Shown: positions 1 to 13,800 of the stretch, piece after piece
Layout of the letters: each line of letters opens with the position of its first letter
Position numbering within the stretch: the stretch's first letter is position 1
From: Macrostomum lignano
Lineage: Eukaryota
DNA: 64,000 nucleotides
Assembly: GCA_002269645.1 (NCBI GenBank)
Contig: NIVC01002600.1
Span: 62,001-126,000 of the forward strand
Direction: 5' to 3'
The notes under the pieces: model-generated
Databases searched by the model: none
What the model was told of the DNA's origin: nothing
What the model saw: only the letters and a program-made list of their open reading frames with translations
Position numbers and translations under genes: made by a program

Positions 1-697
1 GGTAGATTGGAAATCTCACTCCTAGGAAATCTCAGCCCTGAATATCTTCGAAAATCTTAAAATTGAAAATCTCACCCTCCAGGAGACTTACTAGATCGGA
101 AATCTCATCCCGATGACTTACTAGATCGGAAATCTCACCCCAGGAGACTTACTAGATCGGAAATCTCCCCATAGAGACTTACTAGATCGGATATCTCCCC
201 ATAGAGACTTACTAGATCGGAAATCTCATCCCGAAGACTTACTAGATCGGAAATCTCACCCTCCAGGAGACTTACTAGATCGGAATCTCATCCCGAAGAC
301 TTACTAGATCGGAAATCTCACCCTGGAGACTTACTAGATCGGAAATCTCATCCCGAAGACCTACTAGATCGGAAATCTCACCCTCCAGGAGACTTACTAG
401 ATCGGAATCTCATCCCGAAGACTTACTAGATCGGAAATCTCACCCCTGGAGACTTACTAGATCGGAAATCTCACCCCTGGAGACTTACTAGATCGGAAAT
501 CTCACCCCTGGAGACTTACTAGATCGGAAATCTCACCCCTGGAGACTTACTAGATCGGAAATCTCACCCCTGGAGACTTACTAGATCGGAAATCTCACCC
601 CTGGAGACTTACTAGATCGGAAATCTCATCCCGAAGACCTACTAGATCGGAAATCTCACCCTCCAGGAGACTTACTAGATCGGAATCTCATCCCGTA
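1..697. repeat. Minisatellite, ~30-33 bp unit AGACTTACTAGATCGGAAATCTCACCCCTGG
   Basis: Directly visible tandem array running off the window start. Confidence 0.95.
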
Positions 698-1304
698 GAT
701 TCCCTATCTGACAAAGGAAAACAACAAAGTTAAAGAGCGAAGAAGCTGGATGGAGAGAGAGCAGAGCACCGAACGGGATTCAAAAGAGAGGGGGGGGGCG
801 TTTAGGCAATCGGAAAAGATGCGATTACACAATAATAACAATAACAGTTGACCAACTCTCATTCTGCTCGATCGCAAGTCAAAACAGGCTACTGAATAAA
901 ATGACCGATGAGTAGTGCGCGCTGAATATGATAAGAAAATAGCTCGCAGTAAAAATAGATAACTTTCTTTTATAGATATTATATAGTAAAGCAATTATAA
1001 TTGCTGAAGCGGAAAGGCTGCTTTCCGAGACGGGACAGAGTGGCGGGTGCTGATTGAGGAAAGACCGTTCCAAGAGATAAAAAAGCCATTGTTTAACCAA
1101 GCCGACATGCTACAGGCTGCAGGCGGCATCAGGTTAAATAAGGCGCCGAGATACAAGGCAAAACTGGGGACCCAAGTGGCGCAATGGAAGCTCTAGCATT
1201 GAGCTGTGTCTCTGGCTCTCAGTATTCGGTGACAAAAATTGATAGAACAGAGAAATCAGTGCTGATCCATCAAAATAATTGTTTATAGAGAAATCTACTG
1301 CGTT

Positions 1305-1830
1305 AGATTAGCAATCCACTTTAATCCAATTGGATAGATTAGCAATCCACTTTAATCCAATTGTATAGATTAGCAATCCACTTTGATCCAATTGGATAGA
1401 TTAGCAATCCACTTTAATCCAGTTGCCTAGATAAGCAATCCATTCTAAACCAGTAGGCTAGATTAGCAATCCACTCTATTGGCTAGATTAGCAATTCACT
1501 CTAATCAACTCTAATCCAGTTGGCTAGATTAGCAATCCACTCTATTGGCTAGATTAGCAATTCACTCTAATCAACTCTAATCCAGTTGGCTAGATTAGCA
1601 ATCCACTCTATTGGGTAGATTAGCAATTCACTCTAATCAACTCTAATCCAGTTGGATAGATTAGCAATCCACTCCAATCCTGTTGCCTAGATTAGCAATC
1701 TACTCTAATCCTGTTGGATAGATTAGCAATACACTATAATCCTGTTGGATAGATTAGGAATCCACTATAATCCAGTTGGATAGATTAGCAATCCACAATA
1801 ATCCTGTTGGCTAGATTAGCAATCCATTTC
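1305..1830. repeat. Minisatellite, ~31 bp unit TAGATTAGCAATCCACTCTAATCCAGTTGGC
   Basis: Tandem array immediately downstream of the UBE2O stop codon. Confidence 0.92.
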
Positions 1831-1877
1831 CCAGTTGCTCCCAACCCTCAGAGACACAGAGAACCATATCAGCATCT

Positions 1878-4800
1878 TCATCGCTTCCCCTGCACCTTAT
1901 CGGCAAGTTCTGTGAGTCTCCTGACCACCGCAGTGAGCGACAGCTTGGCTCCGGCCGACAGCGGCAGCAGCGGGAAGCCTGGCCGGCCGCGGTCGGCCAG
2001 CCAGTCGGCCAGCTGGTCGGCGTAGCTCCGCAAGCGAGTTTCAGCGTAGCGGCCGACCTCGGCAGCAAACGTGTCCGGCGGAGAGGAGACCAGACTGGCC
2101 ATCGACTGGGCGGTTCGGACCACGGCCAGCTCGTTGTATTCGCGACTCTTCACCGCGGCCGCCTGGGTGCCCTTCTCGTAGCCGGGCTCGTTGAATAGCG
2201 GCTCCTCGACTAGGATCAGGCCCTGCACCGACACCAGCACCTGGCGGCGGTCAAATGATTTTAGATAGGGATTTTAATGAGTTGGGATTTTCAGATGGGG
2301 ATTTTAATGAGTTGGGATTTTCAGATGGGGATTTTAATGAGGATTTGGGATTTTCAGATGAGATTTTAATGAGGATTTGGGATTCTCAGATGGGGATTTT
2401 AATGAAGATTTTGGATTTTAATGAGGATCTGGGATTCTCAGATGGGGATTTTAATGAAGATTTTGGATTCTCAGATGGGGATTTTATTGAGGATCTGGGA
2501 TTCTCAGATGGGGATTTTATTGAGGATCTGGGATTTTCAGATAAGGATTTTATTGAGGATCTGGGATTCTCAGATGGGGATTTTATTGAGGATCTGGGAT
2601 TTTCAGATAAGGATTTTATTGAGGATCTGGGATTCTCAGATGGGGATTTTAACTAGCTATCTGAGATACTGGATACAGACAAAAATCGAATATCTAGCAG
2701 TTCAACTACAAAAGCTCACCTGCAGCAGGTTTGATTCGCCCGGTGCCCACCGCTCAGTGCCCTGGCCGTCCCAGGTGCCCAGCAACGAGACGCACACCTT
2801 GCCGCACTCGTACAGGTTGGGATTGAGCCGACCAGAGCACATGGATCGATAGAGCAGGCGCGGCGGCTGAGCGGGATAAGCAGTGGGCAGATGAAGGTCG
2901 AATAGGAACAGGGCGCCAGAGTAGGGCGTGCCGGCCGGGCCCTCGATGAGAACGGCCATGAGGTCCATCCGGTCCTCGTAAGCCTTGACGGTGACGCCCC
3001 TGGGCAGGTGGTCGCCAAGAAGGGCCAGTTCGCGTCTCCAGGCGGAAATGAACGCCTTCGGCGGCAGGCCGGAACTGGAGAAGGCCGACTCGGCGTAGTG
3101 CAGATGCGTTGGCGGGGCGCATTCGACTAGGAGGAAGGTGCCGGCTCCGCCCTCGGCTGCCGGAGATGCGGTTGGACGTGCTGCTGGCTTGGAGGCCGAC
3201 GCTGGGTTTGAGGCTTGGCGATCCGTCTGCTCCTGTGATCGCCGCCAATGAACATACCGCTGAGCATTATTAACTGCGTCTGCATCCTTAGCTGTCCTTG
3301 TCCATATCCCTAGCTTTCATTGTCTATCCTTAGCTGTCTTTGTCATATCCCTAGCTTTCATTGTCTATCCTTAGCTGTCCTTGTCATATCCCTAGCTTTC
3401 ATTGTCTATCCTTAGCTGTCCTTGTCCATATCCCTAGCTTTCATTGTCTATCCTTAGCTGTCCTTGTCATATCCCTAGCTTTCATTGTCTATCCTTAGCT
3501 GTCCTTGTCCATATCCCTAACTTTCATTGTCTATCCTTAGCTGTCCTTGTCATATCCCTAGCTTTCATTGTCTATCCTTAGCTGTCCTTGTCATATCCCT
3601 AGCTTTCATTGTCTATCCTTAGCTGTCCTTGTCCATATCCCTAGCTTTCATTGTCTATCCTTAGCTGTCCTTGTCATATCCCTAGCTTTCATTGTCTATT
3701 CTTAGCTACCATTGCCCATCACTGCCTATCCTTAGCTACCATTGTCCATCACTGCCTATCCTTAGCTACCATTGTCCATCATTGCCTATCCTTAGCTACC
3801 ATTGTCCATCATTGCCTATCCTTAGCTACCATTGTCCATCATCGCCTATCGTTAGCTACCATTGTGTCCATCATTGCCTATCCTTAGCTACCATTGTGCA
3901 TCATTGCCTATCCTTAGCTGCCATTGTCCATTATTGGCCACCGACAGACCTGATCGGCAGTTCCGGTCCCAGCCGTAGACTCCGGCACCGCTACCTCGGC
4001 AATTTCGACTTGCATAACTCGGCAAATAGTGCCGCGAAAGAATTCCAGATTGTTGCGGGTAGCCTCGGTCAACTGGCTGCCCATGCGAAGTCGCACCTGA
4101 CCGTACAGCAGCTGCATCATCTCTTGCATGGCGTTGTACTGCATAGAGCGGGAGTGGGGTGGGGAGTAAATAAGAGTTTAAGCTCTGGAGTATGTACGAG
4201 CTAGAAGCAAAATGACTAATTCAATATATGGACTGCAGACTATACATGACAAGCACAGTCTTGGTCACAGGTGCAACGAAATTTAACTATATTTATTGCT
4301 GCAGTTGTTAATTCTCCAAAGTATTGATATCTACAAAAAAGTAACACTCCATACCTAAATTTCAGAGTTGTGCCACCCTGTCAAACAAGAGTGAAGCGAA
4401 AATTTTTATGTACTTCTATTGCAGCACTTTAATCTTTGAACCTGTCCGAAATTGTGTTACGGCTTTAATTAAGGTTTTTTATTGATTATTGAAGCAGTTT
4501 GGTATTAATCAAAAGTGGATTCTGGAATCTGGGTTTGGGTTTAGTCAACACGGCATAATATGAACCGTTAAACAGTATAGTATCGACAGTTTTTACGAGT
4601 TCGGTGGCACATCCCAAGAACATCATCAAGTTTAATAGACAGGCACAGGCTCAAGAAGCGTGCGCTCTTTAGTTAAAAACACGCTGTGTGCTTTTCTGCT
4701 TTGTTGAATTTATGATAAACAACATACTGCAAGGCCAGATTGGGATCGGAAAAGACTGACCGGCATTTCCCCTCAAAAGTCGATCGATTGCCGAGGAGCC

Positions 4801-7800
4801 GCCCAAAAGAGAAAATTGGCTTTGTCTTTTCCCCGCAAGTAGGAGAAAAAAGATAGAACTAGTTCAAGCTTCGATTTTCTCCTTACGATGGATGGACAAA
4901 AGCAACTAGAAATGAGCGGCAGGCAACGAAACTGACACTGCGGATAATCATGCGGCAGACTTGGATCAGCAACGTCAATGCCTATTACTAAAGCCAATAA
5001 GGGCATAGTGAGTTCTCAAATCAATAACAAGCTTCAGGTCATATTACCGATTATCTTCCACATATTTTAAATAGTTATTTCTTTTTGCGCATTTCTAATG
5101 TGTAATGAAAGTCCTTCAATATAATATTTTTATCGTCGTTATTTATTATGATAGAGATCTACAAGCTAGATAATAAAAAAACCATACCAGAAGAGCAAAC
5201 CTAATTATGTTTCCATAGCTACAGTTCATGACATTCGAATTTCAAACCGAGACACAAGCGGCTGAAATTGCATTTAATTTGCAAATGGCTCGTCAAGTTG
5301 GTTCAGTTGTATTATTTTCCAAAAAGAAATTATAGCTTTTAAACAAAAGCTTAAAGTTGAGAGTCGAGATTATTGAGAGTATGCGTGCGGCCAGTGGGGG
5401 AAATCGCATCCTGACATGACAAACACCGAAGCTTTACTCTGATAGGATCCAGCCCGTGGAAGCCAATTGGACTCAGCGCGCAATGCTGATGAAATGCGGA
5501 GCAAAACTGCAACCACCCCTGCTCCGTTGCAGGAAAGAGTGGGGATAAAAAGAGACAGAAATTCAACGCGAAGAAAGACACACTGGAGCGGCAACCTAGC
5601 TCTCCTAACTGGACTCCATAAAGCACAACTGGCAGAGTCAAGGAGTCAACTGATCGGCTTTTTCAGTTCAGCTTTAAACTATAGCGTGAAGAGCGAAAAT
5701 GAAGCCGAGGTGTAAGTACGCCCAATATGTGGCCATCTTGGTATCTTTGGCGGTGTTCTCAACCGCCTACGCTACGTCGACGGAGCAAAAGCAAGAGCAG
5801 CATCAGCCGGAAGCGCTGACGGGCGAGAATGAACCATCGGAATTTGAGGTTCGCAACCTGATGCAAGCACTGAGCGAAGTTAATAGCCCGACCGCGTACG
5901 ACCGAGAGCCCTACTACGATCAGGAGGACGACGGCGAAGAGCAAGAACTGGACGATGAGAGCTCGAACGACAAGAGGTTCACTCCGCTTCGTGGCAAGAG
6001 GTTCACTCCGCTTCGCGGCAAGAGGTTCACTCCGCTTCGTGGGAAGAAGTTTACCCCACTTCGCGGCAAGAGGTTCACTCCTCTTCGCGGCAAGAGGTTC
6101 ACTCCTCTTCGTGGCAAGAAGTTCACTCCGCTTCGTGGCAAGAAGTTCACTCCGCTTCGCGGCAAGAAGTTCACTCCGCTTCGCGGCAAGAGGTTCACTC
6201 CACTTCGCGGCAAGAGGTTCACTCCGCTTCGCGGCAAGAGATTCACTCTGCTTCGCGGCAAGAAGTTCACTCCGCTTCGCGGCAAGAGGTTCACTCCGCT
6301 TCGCGGCAAGAGGTTCACTCCACTTCGCGGCAAGAGGTTCTCGTTCACACCGCTCCGTGGCAAGAAGATGTTTGACGAACTTCAAGACTGAATTATAGAT
6401 TAATCGCGGAAACTTTGTTCGTGTTGTATGAATGAATAATACTCTAAGCTAACAAACACAATTTGCGGTTACAATGAGCCAGACAATAATATAATGCAAA
6501 CGTATACCAACAGAAAGCAGTTGAAGAAAGATTTGAATTGACGTTAAAACCCCGACTCGCATCCCATTGAATTCGGTGTCGCGCCTTTAATTTTCCTATT
6601 TTCTTCTCCCTCTCGCTCTCGCTCCGTAGAAATTGTGCCAGTGCAAACTGATGCAGCATCAGCGCGCTTAGATCTTTTTGTTGCGCATGCTGTTGAGAAG
6701 CGGAAATAAATATACTAATACAATAAGCCAGCGACCACTTCTGAGCAATCAAAGTAAAGACTGCACAACCTGTGCCACCCTTTAGAGAGAGAGAGTAACT
6801 TAGAATTGATATTTCGATTGATTCAGAATCTGCATAATAAAATTAGAGGGCGAAGCAAGTCAGATGCCAAGTATGAACCTGACAGAAGCTTGCAGTAGCT
6901 GATGAAGAGGATCGATCAGAGGAGCAGGCCCGAAAGCGAGTCAAACTAGCAAAGGAAGCGATCGAGTTGGAAACGAAAGGGCAGGAGAGACACAGGAAAC
7001 ACGAACTTCAAGCAGTCAAGCTAGGAAGAGCCACTAAAGAGTAGGAAATCCAGATGAAATCAGTCACAAAAAACACGGATTGCTTTCTACTTAGAAGGAA
7101 AATCTTCCTGAGTGCTAAGAGACTTAGCCAAAGAAGTGTGATGCTGCTTTCAGGATTAAGAATATCGCTTGCTTCAAGCCAGCAGTCTAAATGCCTGCAG
7201 AAAGTCCCATCTGAAGCCAGTTGACATCGGTAGCACTTGAAATATCAGCAAAAATCCGGGGCGTTGCTTGCATTAATATTCTAGCTCAAGGATACAAATG
7301 CACTGTAGGGTTTTAGACACCAAAATCTTGCGGAGATTTTAATATAGCTAAAAGGTGGATGTGACACAGGTTATAGTTCGTATGAGCATGATTATTTTTA
7401 ATAGCAGACAATTTTTTTTTCAGTTCAGAAGATGTCCGGAAAAGGTATAATAATTTATGTCGAACGTCTATGATGTAATGAACCGAATTAATTTTCCACC
7501 TACAATTAGGAGTGTTTTGACAATAAATATCTCAAGAACAAGCAATAAAAACAATTTAGTCTTACGTCTCTTTTTACTTTCTTTTAATGCTTTTTACTGC
7601 ATTTTTAATAGAGCCGAGGACAGCGCTTAAAAGGAAATACGAGCGTACTAGTTGCCTTTGCTTTGCCCCGCATATGCCATTTTCCTCTTAACACTTGATC
7701 CCAGTTGCATTTCACTTATTCTCGAACTTCTCTTATGCTTTGGTGAGTCCCCACTTGGGAGTTTTGCTCCATCAAGTATTACACGCCTAACTGAACTGCG

Positions 7801-10800
7801 GGACTGAATGGCTGGCCATGCATTTTTGGCCGAGTGCCGAGTAGTTTGAAGTACCAAGCAGAGAGGAAGCGTTATCGATGTAGGCGACACACGTCACAGA
7901 GCAAACAAAGTGAGAGCGAAATCGAGGAGAAAAATAGAGCAGAGAGCACCTATACTAGGGATTTCAATCTTTCTGATTGACATCAGAGAGAGGGAGAGAA
8001 ATGTTTTGTCAATTTGCGTTTTGTCAACATGGTTTACTAACACTTTCTTTCACACAGACTAGCTATATCAATTTGAATATATTAGGTAATTTTCTAGCTA
8101 GCGAACGAAAGCCTCACAGTCTGCAAATCCAATGGAGCAAATGGAGCAATTCAATTGTCATCTATGCTCGTGTTAATATCTCTAAGTTTGGTCACGTGCA
8201 GACGACAAACTCGTAACAGGTGAATTCAAAACCTCATTAGCTATAAAGGCCTTCTAATCCTTTATATTGTGGGCTAATTATGCAAATGAGCTAATGGAAG
8301 TGGGCGTCCCACATCGTGGCCTGATCATGATGCAGTTCTGCTATGCTATTTATTTCGCTGCCTTTCCTCATCAAGAGTATAAATGCGTGGGTGAGTACAA
8401 ATGTTGCCACAGGTATGTCTCACTTCTATAATATGCCTTCGGGCATATTATGTAATGTGATACCGTTGTGTCACAACCCGCCTTTAGTCAGGTGGAGTGA
8501 CCCCTTTGTCGTACTTCGTAGATTTTACTTCTCGCCTTCTGACTGTTCTTTTTCTGTATTTCCTACCATTCTCCTACCTACATCTGCCAGATCTCACAGC
8601 CTTCTCTCCCGTATATCTTACCATTCCTTATCATATTTTCTGCCATTCTTCCTATTATCTTCCACCACTCTCTTTCCATTAAAATATCTTCTCTCACCAC
8701 AATCCCTCATAGCGACAATAAAATTATCCTACCCAAGGGAGCAGAAGACTTGTGTGCAGATTTTGCCCCCCCCTCCTGCCAAAAGTCTACTGATTTTAGT
8801 GACATTGAAAATCTATTTGCAGTGCCAGAAATTTGCAGTGCTTTAGTAGAAATGAAGATCCTGTGCTTAAGGCGATTAGCTTCTCCCTCATCCCTAAGCG
8901 TGGGAACCAGGCCGCATGGGAATATTATCGCCCAGTTCTACGCCTAGTGTACCCCAGTACGTAGATAGAATCGCGGAAAAATATTCGACTAGCAGAGTGA
9001 TCGAGAAGGTATTAAAAAGTAAGGAGGGGAGCTGCGAATCATGCAAAAAAGTCGCTTGCTGCCAAGTTGTCACCACAGCTAGTCTCAAAGTGTGCCCCAG
9101 AGTAATCTTGCTTTATCCTATAACACATTTTAGGCTCACGTATCACGAAAGACGATGATAGGACTTATCCACAATCCAAACCAGATAATAGTTCACAACC
9201 AAAATGGCTTCGGTGCACGCAATGTGGTATGTAGCTAAACGAAGCTAACTTTAGTCTTCACTCCACGTTATGATGCTCTCTCTTCCTTAACTAATCCGTA
9301 TGGAAAATCTACACGAACATGGTAAACCGTATAATTAGTTTGAGTCTTTAAGCTTGAAGTCTTGAGATAACTTGAGCAATTCTCATTAGCTTGAAGTGTT
9401 GAGATAACTTGATAGCAATCTCCTTAGCTTGAAGTCTTGCGAAAACTTGATAGCAATCTCCTTAGCTTGAAGTGTTGAGATAACTTGATAGCAATCTCCT
9501 TAGCTTGAAGTCTTGCGAAAACTTGATAGCAATCTCCTTAGCTTGAAGTGTTGAGATAACTTGATAGCAATCTCCTTAGCTTGAAGTCTTGCGAAAACTT
9601 GATAGCAATCTCCTTAGCTTGAAGTCTTGAGATAACTTGATAGCAATCTCCTTAGCTTGAAGTGTTGAGACAACTTGATAGCAATCTCCTTAGCTTGAAG
9701 TCTTGAGATAACTTGATAGCAATCTCCTTAGCTTGAAGTCTTGAGTTAACTTGATAGCAATCTCCTTAGCTTGAAGTCTTGAGATAACTTGATAGCAATC
9801 TCCTTAGCTTGAAGTGTTGAGACAACTTGATAGCAATCTCCTTAGCTTGAAGTCTTGAGTTAACTTGATAGCAATCTCCTTAGCTTGAAGTATTGAGATA
9901 ACTTGATAGCAATCTCCTTAGCTTGAAGTCTTGAGATAACTTGATAGCAATCTCCTTAGCTTGAAGTGTTGAGATAACTTGATAGCGATTCTCCTTAGCT
10001 TGAAGTCCTGAGATAACTTGATAGCAATCTCCTTAGCTTGAAGTCTTGAGATAACTTGATAGCAATCTCCTTAGCTTGAAGTGTTGAGATAACTTGATAG
10101 CAATCTCCTTAGCTTGAAGTGTTGAGATAACTTGATAGCAAATCTCTTAAGCTTGAAGTCTTGAACATTAGCGATTGCGCAAAAAAGTAACTGATGCCAT
10201 TTTCCGTCAAATTTAGGGTTGAGTTTCAAAGTCAAAACGGCCATTGTTTTGACTAATTCGGAGAGATTATATTTTCAATCTTCAATCCAAGCCAGCCAAC
10301 GCCTTGTTTGCAGTCTTTCTAAAGTTTACCAAAGTGTTAAGCATTCTACTATGCATCGACGGACCTTCGTAGATTTCGATTCCATCGAAATTTTTTAAGA
10401 GAATAGATGAAGGTAAACCTGTTCTTACATATTTGAGAACAATGGGTAGTACGATTGACACACATCGACTTGTTTGGTCTAGAGTATTACATTACTACAG
10501 GCATATTTACTTTAAAAAACTATCAAATTTAGCAGTCTGAAAGCAGGAAGTGACACACCGAGAGAGTCAGGCAGGCATCCGCTACTGCCTCATCAAGGTA
10601 ATTCCAAACCTCCCCTAGTAAGCCAGGGAGACACTAACAACACAGTGAGTTACTGCAATCTAACTAGAAAGCCGCCGGGCCTATGGTAACTCGATTAAGC
10701 AATCTCGCCAAAAAGCTTACTCGCGCACACAGGATAAGGCTCTCTTAATATGCGCGTTAGAGAAGAGAATGAAAGTGACCTAAAGTAGACTCGATATGGA

Positions 10801-13800
10801 TCACCAGAGATAGGATGCATTGAATACGAGGCTTGAAAAAGCCGCAATTTATTGGAGTATATTTATACACATAGGACAGGAGTCCAGTGCGTTGACCTGC
10901 GATTCGCTAATGCAACAAGACAGCCGGCCAACCCAGTACGATATGCATATATGAGCGTACTAGTATGCACAACGACAGAACATGGTCTGTTATGTACAGG
11001 TGTATATCAACGAGCAAGATAAGTGTGCGTTAGCCATAAAAAGAGCTATTTATTATGATTTTTATTGTTCAAAAAGTAGATTGCTAAGCAAGAATAAATA
11101 GACCATTCTCCAGAGTTGCTCTAGCGGGTTTAGAGGGAATTACTAGAGAGTTCAGAGGGGAATATTGGAGGGTTCAGAGGAGAATGCTGGAGGGTTCAGA
11201 GGGGAATACTAGAAGCTCCAGAGGGGAATACTAGAAGCTCCCGAGGGGAATACTAGAAGCTCCCGAGGGGAATACTAGAAGCGCCAGAGGGGAATACCTA
11301 GAAGCTTCAGAGGGGCACAGCTGTTTGAAGACAATAGTATGCAATGCTTGGAAAGAATCAAAACAGTTCATTAGTTTATTCATAGCCATTTTATCTGCAG
11401 GCAATTTAGCTATGGAATTAGTTAGCTAACTAACAAATGCGCCCATCAATCCAATACTGATTCGCATTCAAGGCAGCCGATTCCGACATTAATCCGTTTC
11501 AAGCATTCTTTGTTACTCATCTCGGCTGGAGTGTATTTAATTACAAATGAATCGATTCTAAACCATTACTGGTTAGTCCTGTGAATTGTTGTTTCTTTGC
11601 AACCGATGCGCTCTCTGACAAGCTTGCCATACCCTTCAGGAGCGGCTTTATCATTGAGCCTGGACCAGAAATTATGTCTTTATACGCATCTTTTATCTTA
11701 CTAAAGTCCAGACATCGGGTTGAAATTCAATGCTCAATTCTACATTGAACGTGCGGACCCCACCACAGCGACATCAATATCAATATAGAAACAAAACAAC
11801 AAAAATTTAATCAAAATTAGTAAGGTTTAAACAAACAAATCATAAAAATCCACCCCTTAAAATGCTTATAAAACTAGTGATCCCAATCTTCCAACTAAGA
11901 ATCCCAACCTCAAAAACTAAGAATCCCAGCTTCAAAACTAAGAATCCCAACCTCAAGAACTAAGAATCCCAACCTCAAATACTAAGAATCTCAGCCTCAA
12001 AACTAAGAATCCCAGCCTCAAAACTAAGAATCCCAACCTCAAAACTAAGAATCGCAACCTTAAAACTTAAAATCCTAACCTCAAAACTAAGAATCCCAAC
12101 CTCAAACTAAGAATCCCAGCCTCAAAACTAAGAATCCCAACCTTAAAACTAAGAATCCCAGCCTCAAAACTAAGAATCCCAAACTTAAAACGAAGAATCG
12201 CAACCTCAAAACTAAGAATCCCAACCTCAAAACTAAGAATCCCAGCCTCAAAACTAAGAATCCCAACCTTAAAACTAAGAATCGCAACCTCAAAACTAAG
12301 AATCCCAACCTTAAAACTAAGAATCGCAACCTCAAAACTAAGAATCGCAACCTCAAAACTAAGAATCCCAACCTCTAAACTAAGAATCGCAACCTTAAAA
12401 CTTAAAATCCTAACCTCAAAACTAAGAATCCCAACCTCAAAACTATGAATCCCAACCTCAAAACTAAGAATCCCAACCTCAAAAACTAAGAATCCCAACC
12501 TCAAAACTAAGAATCCCAACCTTAAAACTAAGAATCCCAACCTCAAAACTAAGAATCGCAACCTCAAAACTAAGAATCCCAACCTCAAAACTAAGAATCC
12601 CAACCTCTAAACTAAGAATCGCAACCTCAAAACTAAGAATCCCAACCTCAAAACTAAGAATCCCAACCTCTAAACTAAGAATCGCAACCTCTAAACTAAG
12701 AATCCCAACCTCAAAACTAAGAATCCCAACCTTAAAACTAAGAATCCCAACCTCAAAACTAAGAATCCCAACCTCTAAACTAAGAATCGCAACCTCAAAA
12801 CTAAGAATCCCAACCTCTAAACTAAGAATCCCAGCTTCAAAACTAAGAATCCCAACCTCTAAACTAAGAATCGCAACCTTAAAACTTAAAATCCTAACCT
12901 CAAAACTAAGAATCCCAACCTCAAAACTATGAATCCCAACCTCAAAACTAAGAATCCCAACCTCAAAAACTAAGAATCCCAGCTTCAAAACTAAGAATCC
13001 CTACCTCAAAACTATGAATCGCAACCTTAAAACTTAAAATCCTAACCTCAAAACTAAGAATCCAAACCTCAAAACTATGAATCCCAACCTCAAAACTAAG
13101 AATCCCAACCTCAAAAACTAAGAATCCCAACCTCAAAACTAAGAATCCCAACCTTAAAACTAAGAATCCTAACCTCTAAACTAAGAATCCCAACCTCTAA
13201 ACTAAGAATCCCAACCTCTAAACTAAGAATCCCAACCTCAAAACTTAAAATCCTAACCTCAAAACTAAGAATCCCTACCTCTCAACTAAGAATCCCAGCC
13301 TCAAAACTAAAATTCCTAATCTCCAAAGAATCCTTCAGATGAATACGAACAAAGATCGGTCCCAAACTGCAGCTTTGAACTCCAATGGAAATGCAATAAG
13401 CAACAAACAAACAGCAGAAGGTCCAGACAGACAGGCAAATCAAACGCACATCTGGCACGTCCAACTGGGCGTCAGTGTCCAGCTCAGCAGGCGGCAAGTC
13501 GGGCCCGGCCCGCATCAGGCTGGTGGCCGACTGCCACAGGCGCCTAAGCGAGTCGGACAGCGGATTGGACACCCTCGGCACAAATGTTGGCACAACGCGT
13601 TGCTGCTGATCCACTAGCAGCTGCTCGTCGGGACGGCGCAGAGTGAGCGCGTGACGCAACGGCGCCAGCTTGTCCGGCATGGCCTCCGGATCGGTGAAGG
13701 CCTCCAGGCAGCCGGTGTCGGCGGTGAGGTGCCGCAGGTGGCTGGAGAACTGCAGCAGAGCCTGGCGCTGACTAGCTGTGGCATTGCGGCACAGGCAGGA

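Noticed and set aside
2255-2852. DLGFSDGDF-repeat ORFs
   Set aside because: Translations of the 33-bp minisatellite in UBE2O intron 9.
6895-6960. Possible hammerhead ribozyme (CTGATGA...GAAA)
   Set aside because: Stem II cannot pair between the core motifs.
9345-10165. Regular 38-bp repeats (also the 34-bp array at 21610-22530) that superficially resemble CRISPR arrays
   Set aside because: Units are head-to-tail with no unique spacers, there are no cas genes, and the context is a eukaryotic intron.
12067-13151. Long FEVGILS / LRLGFLV ORFs
   Set aside because: Translations of the 21-bp minisatellite.
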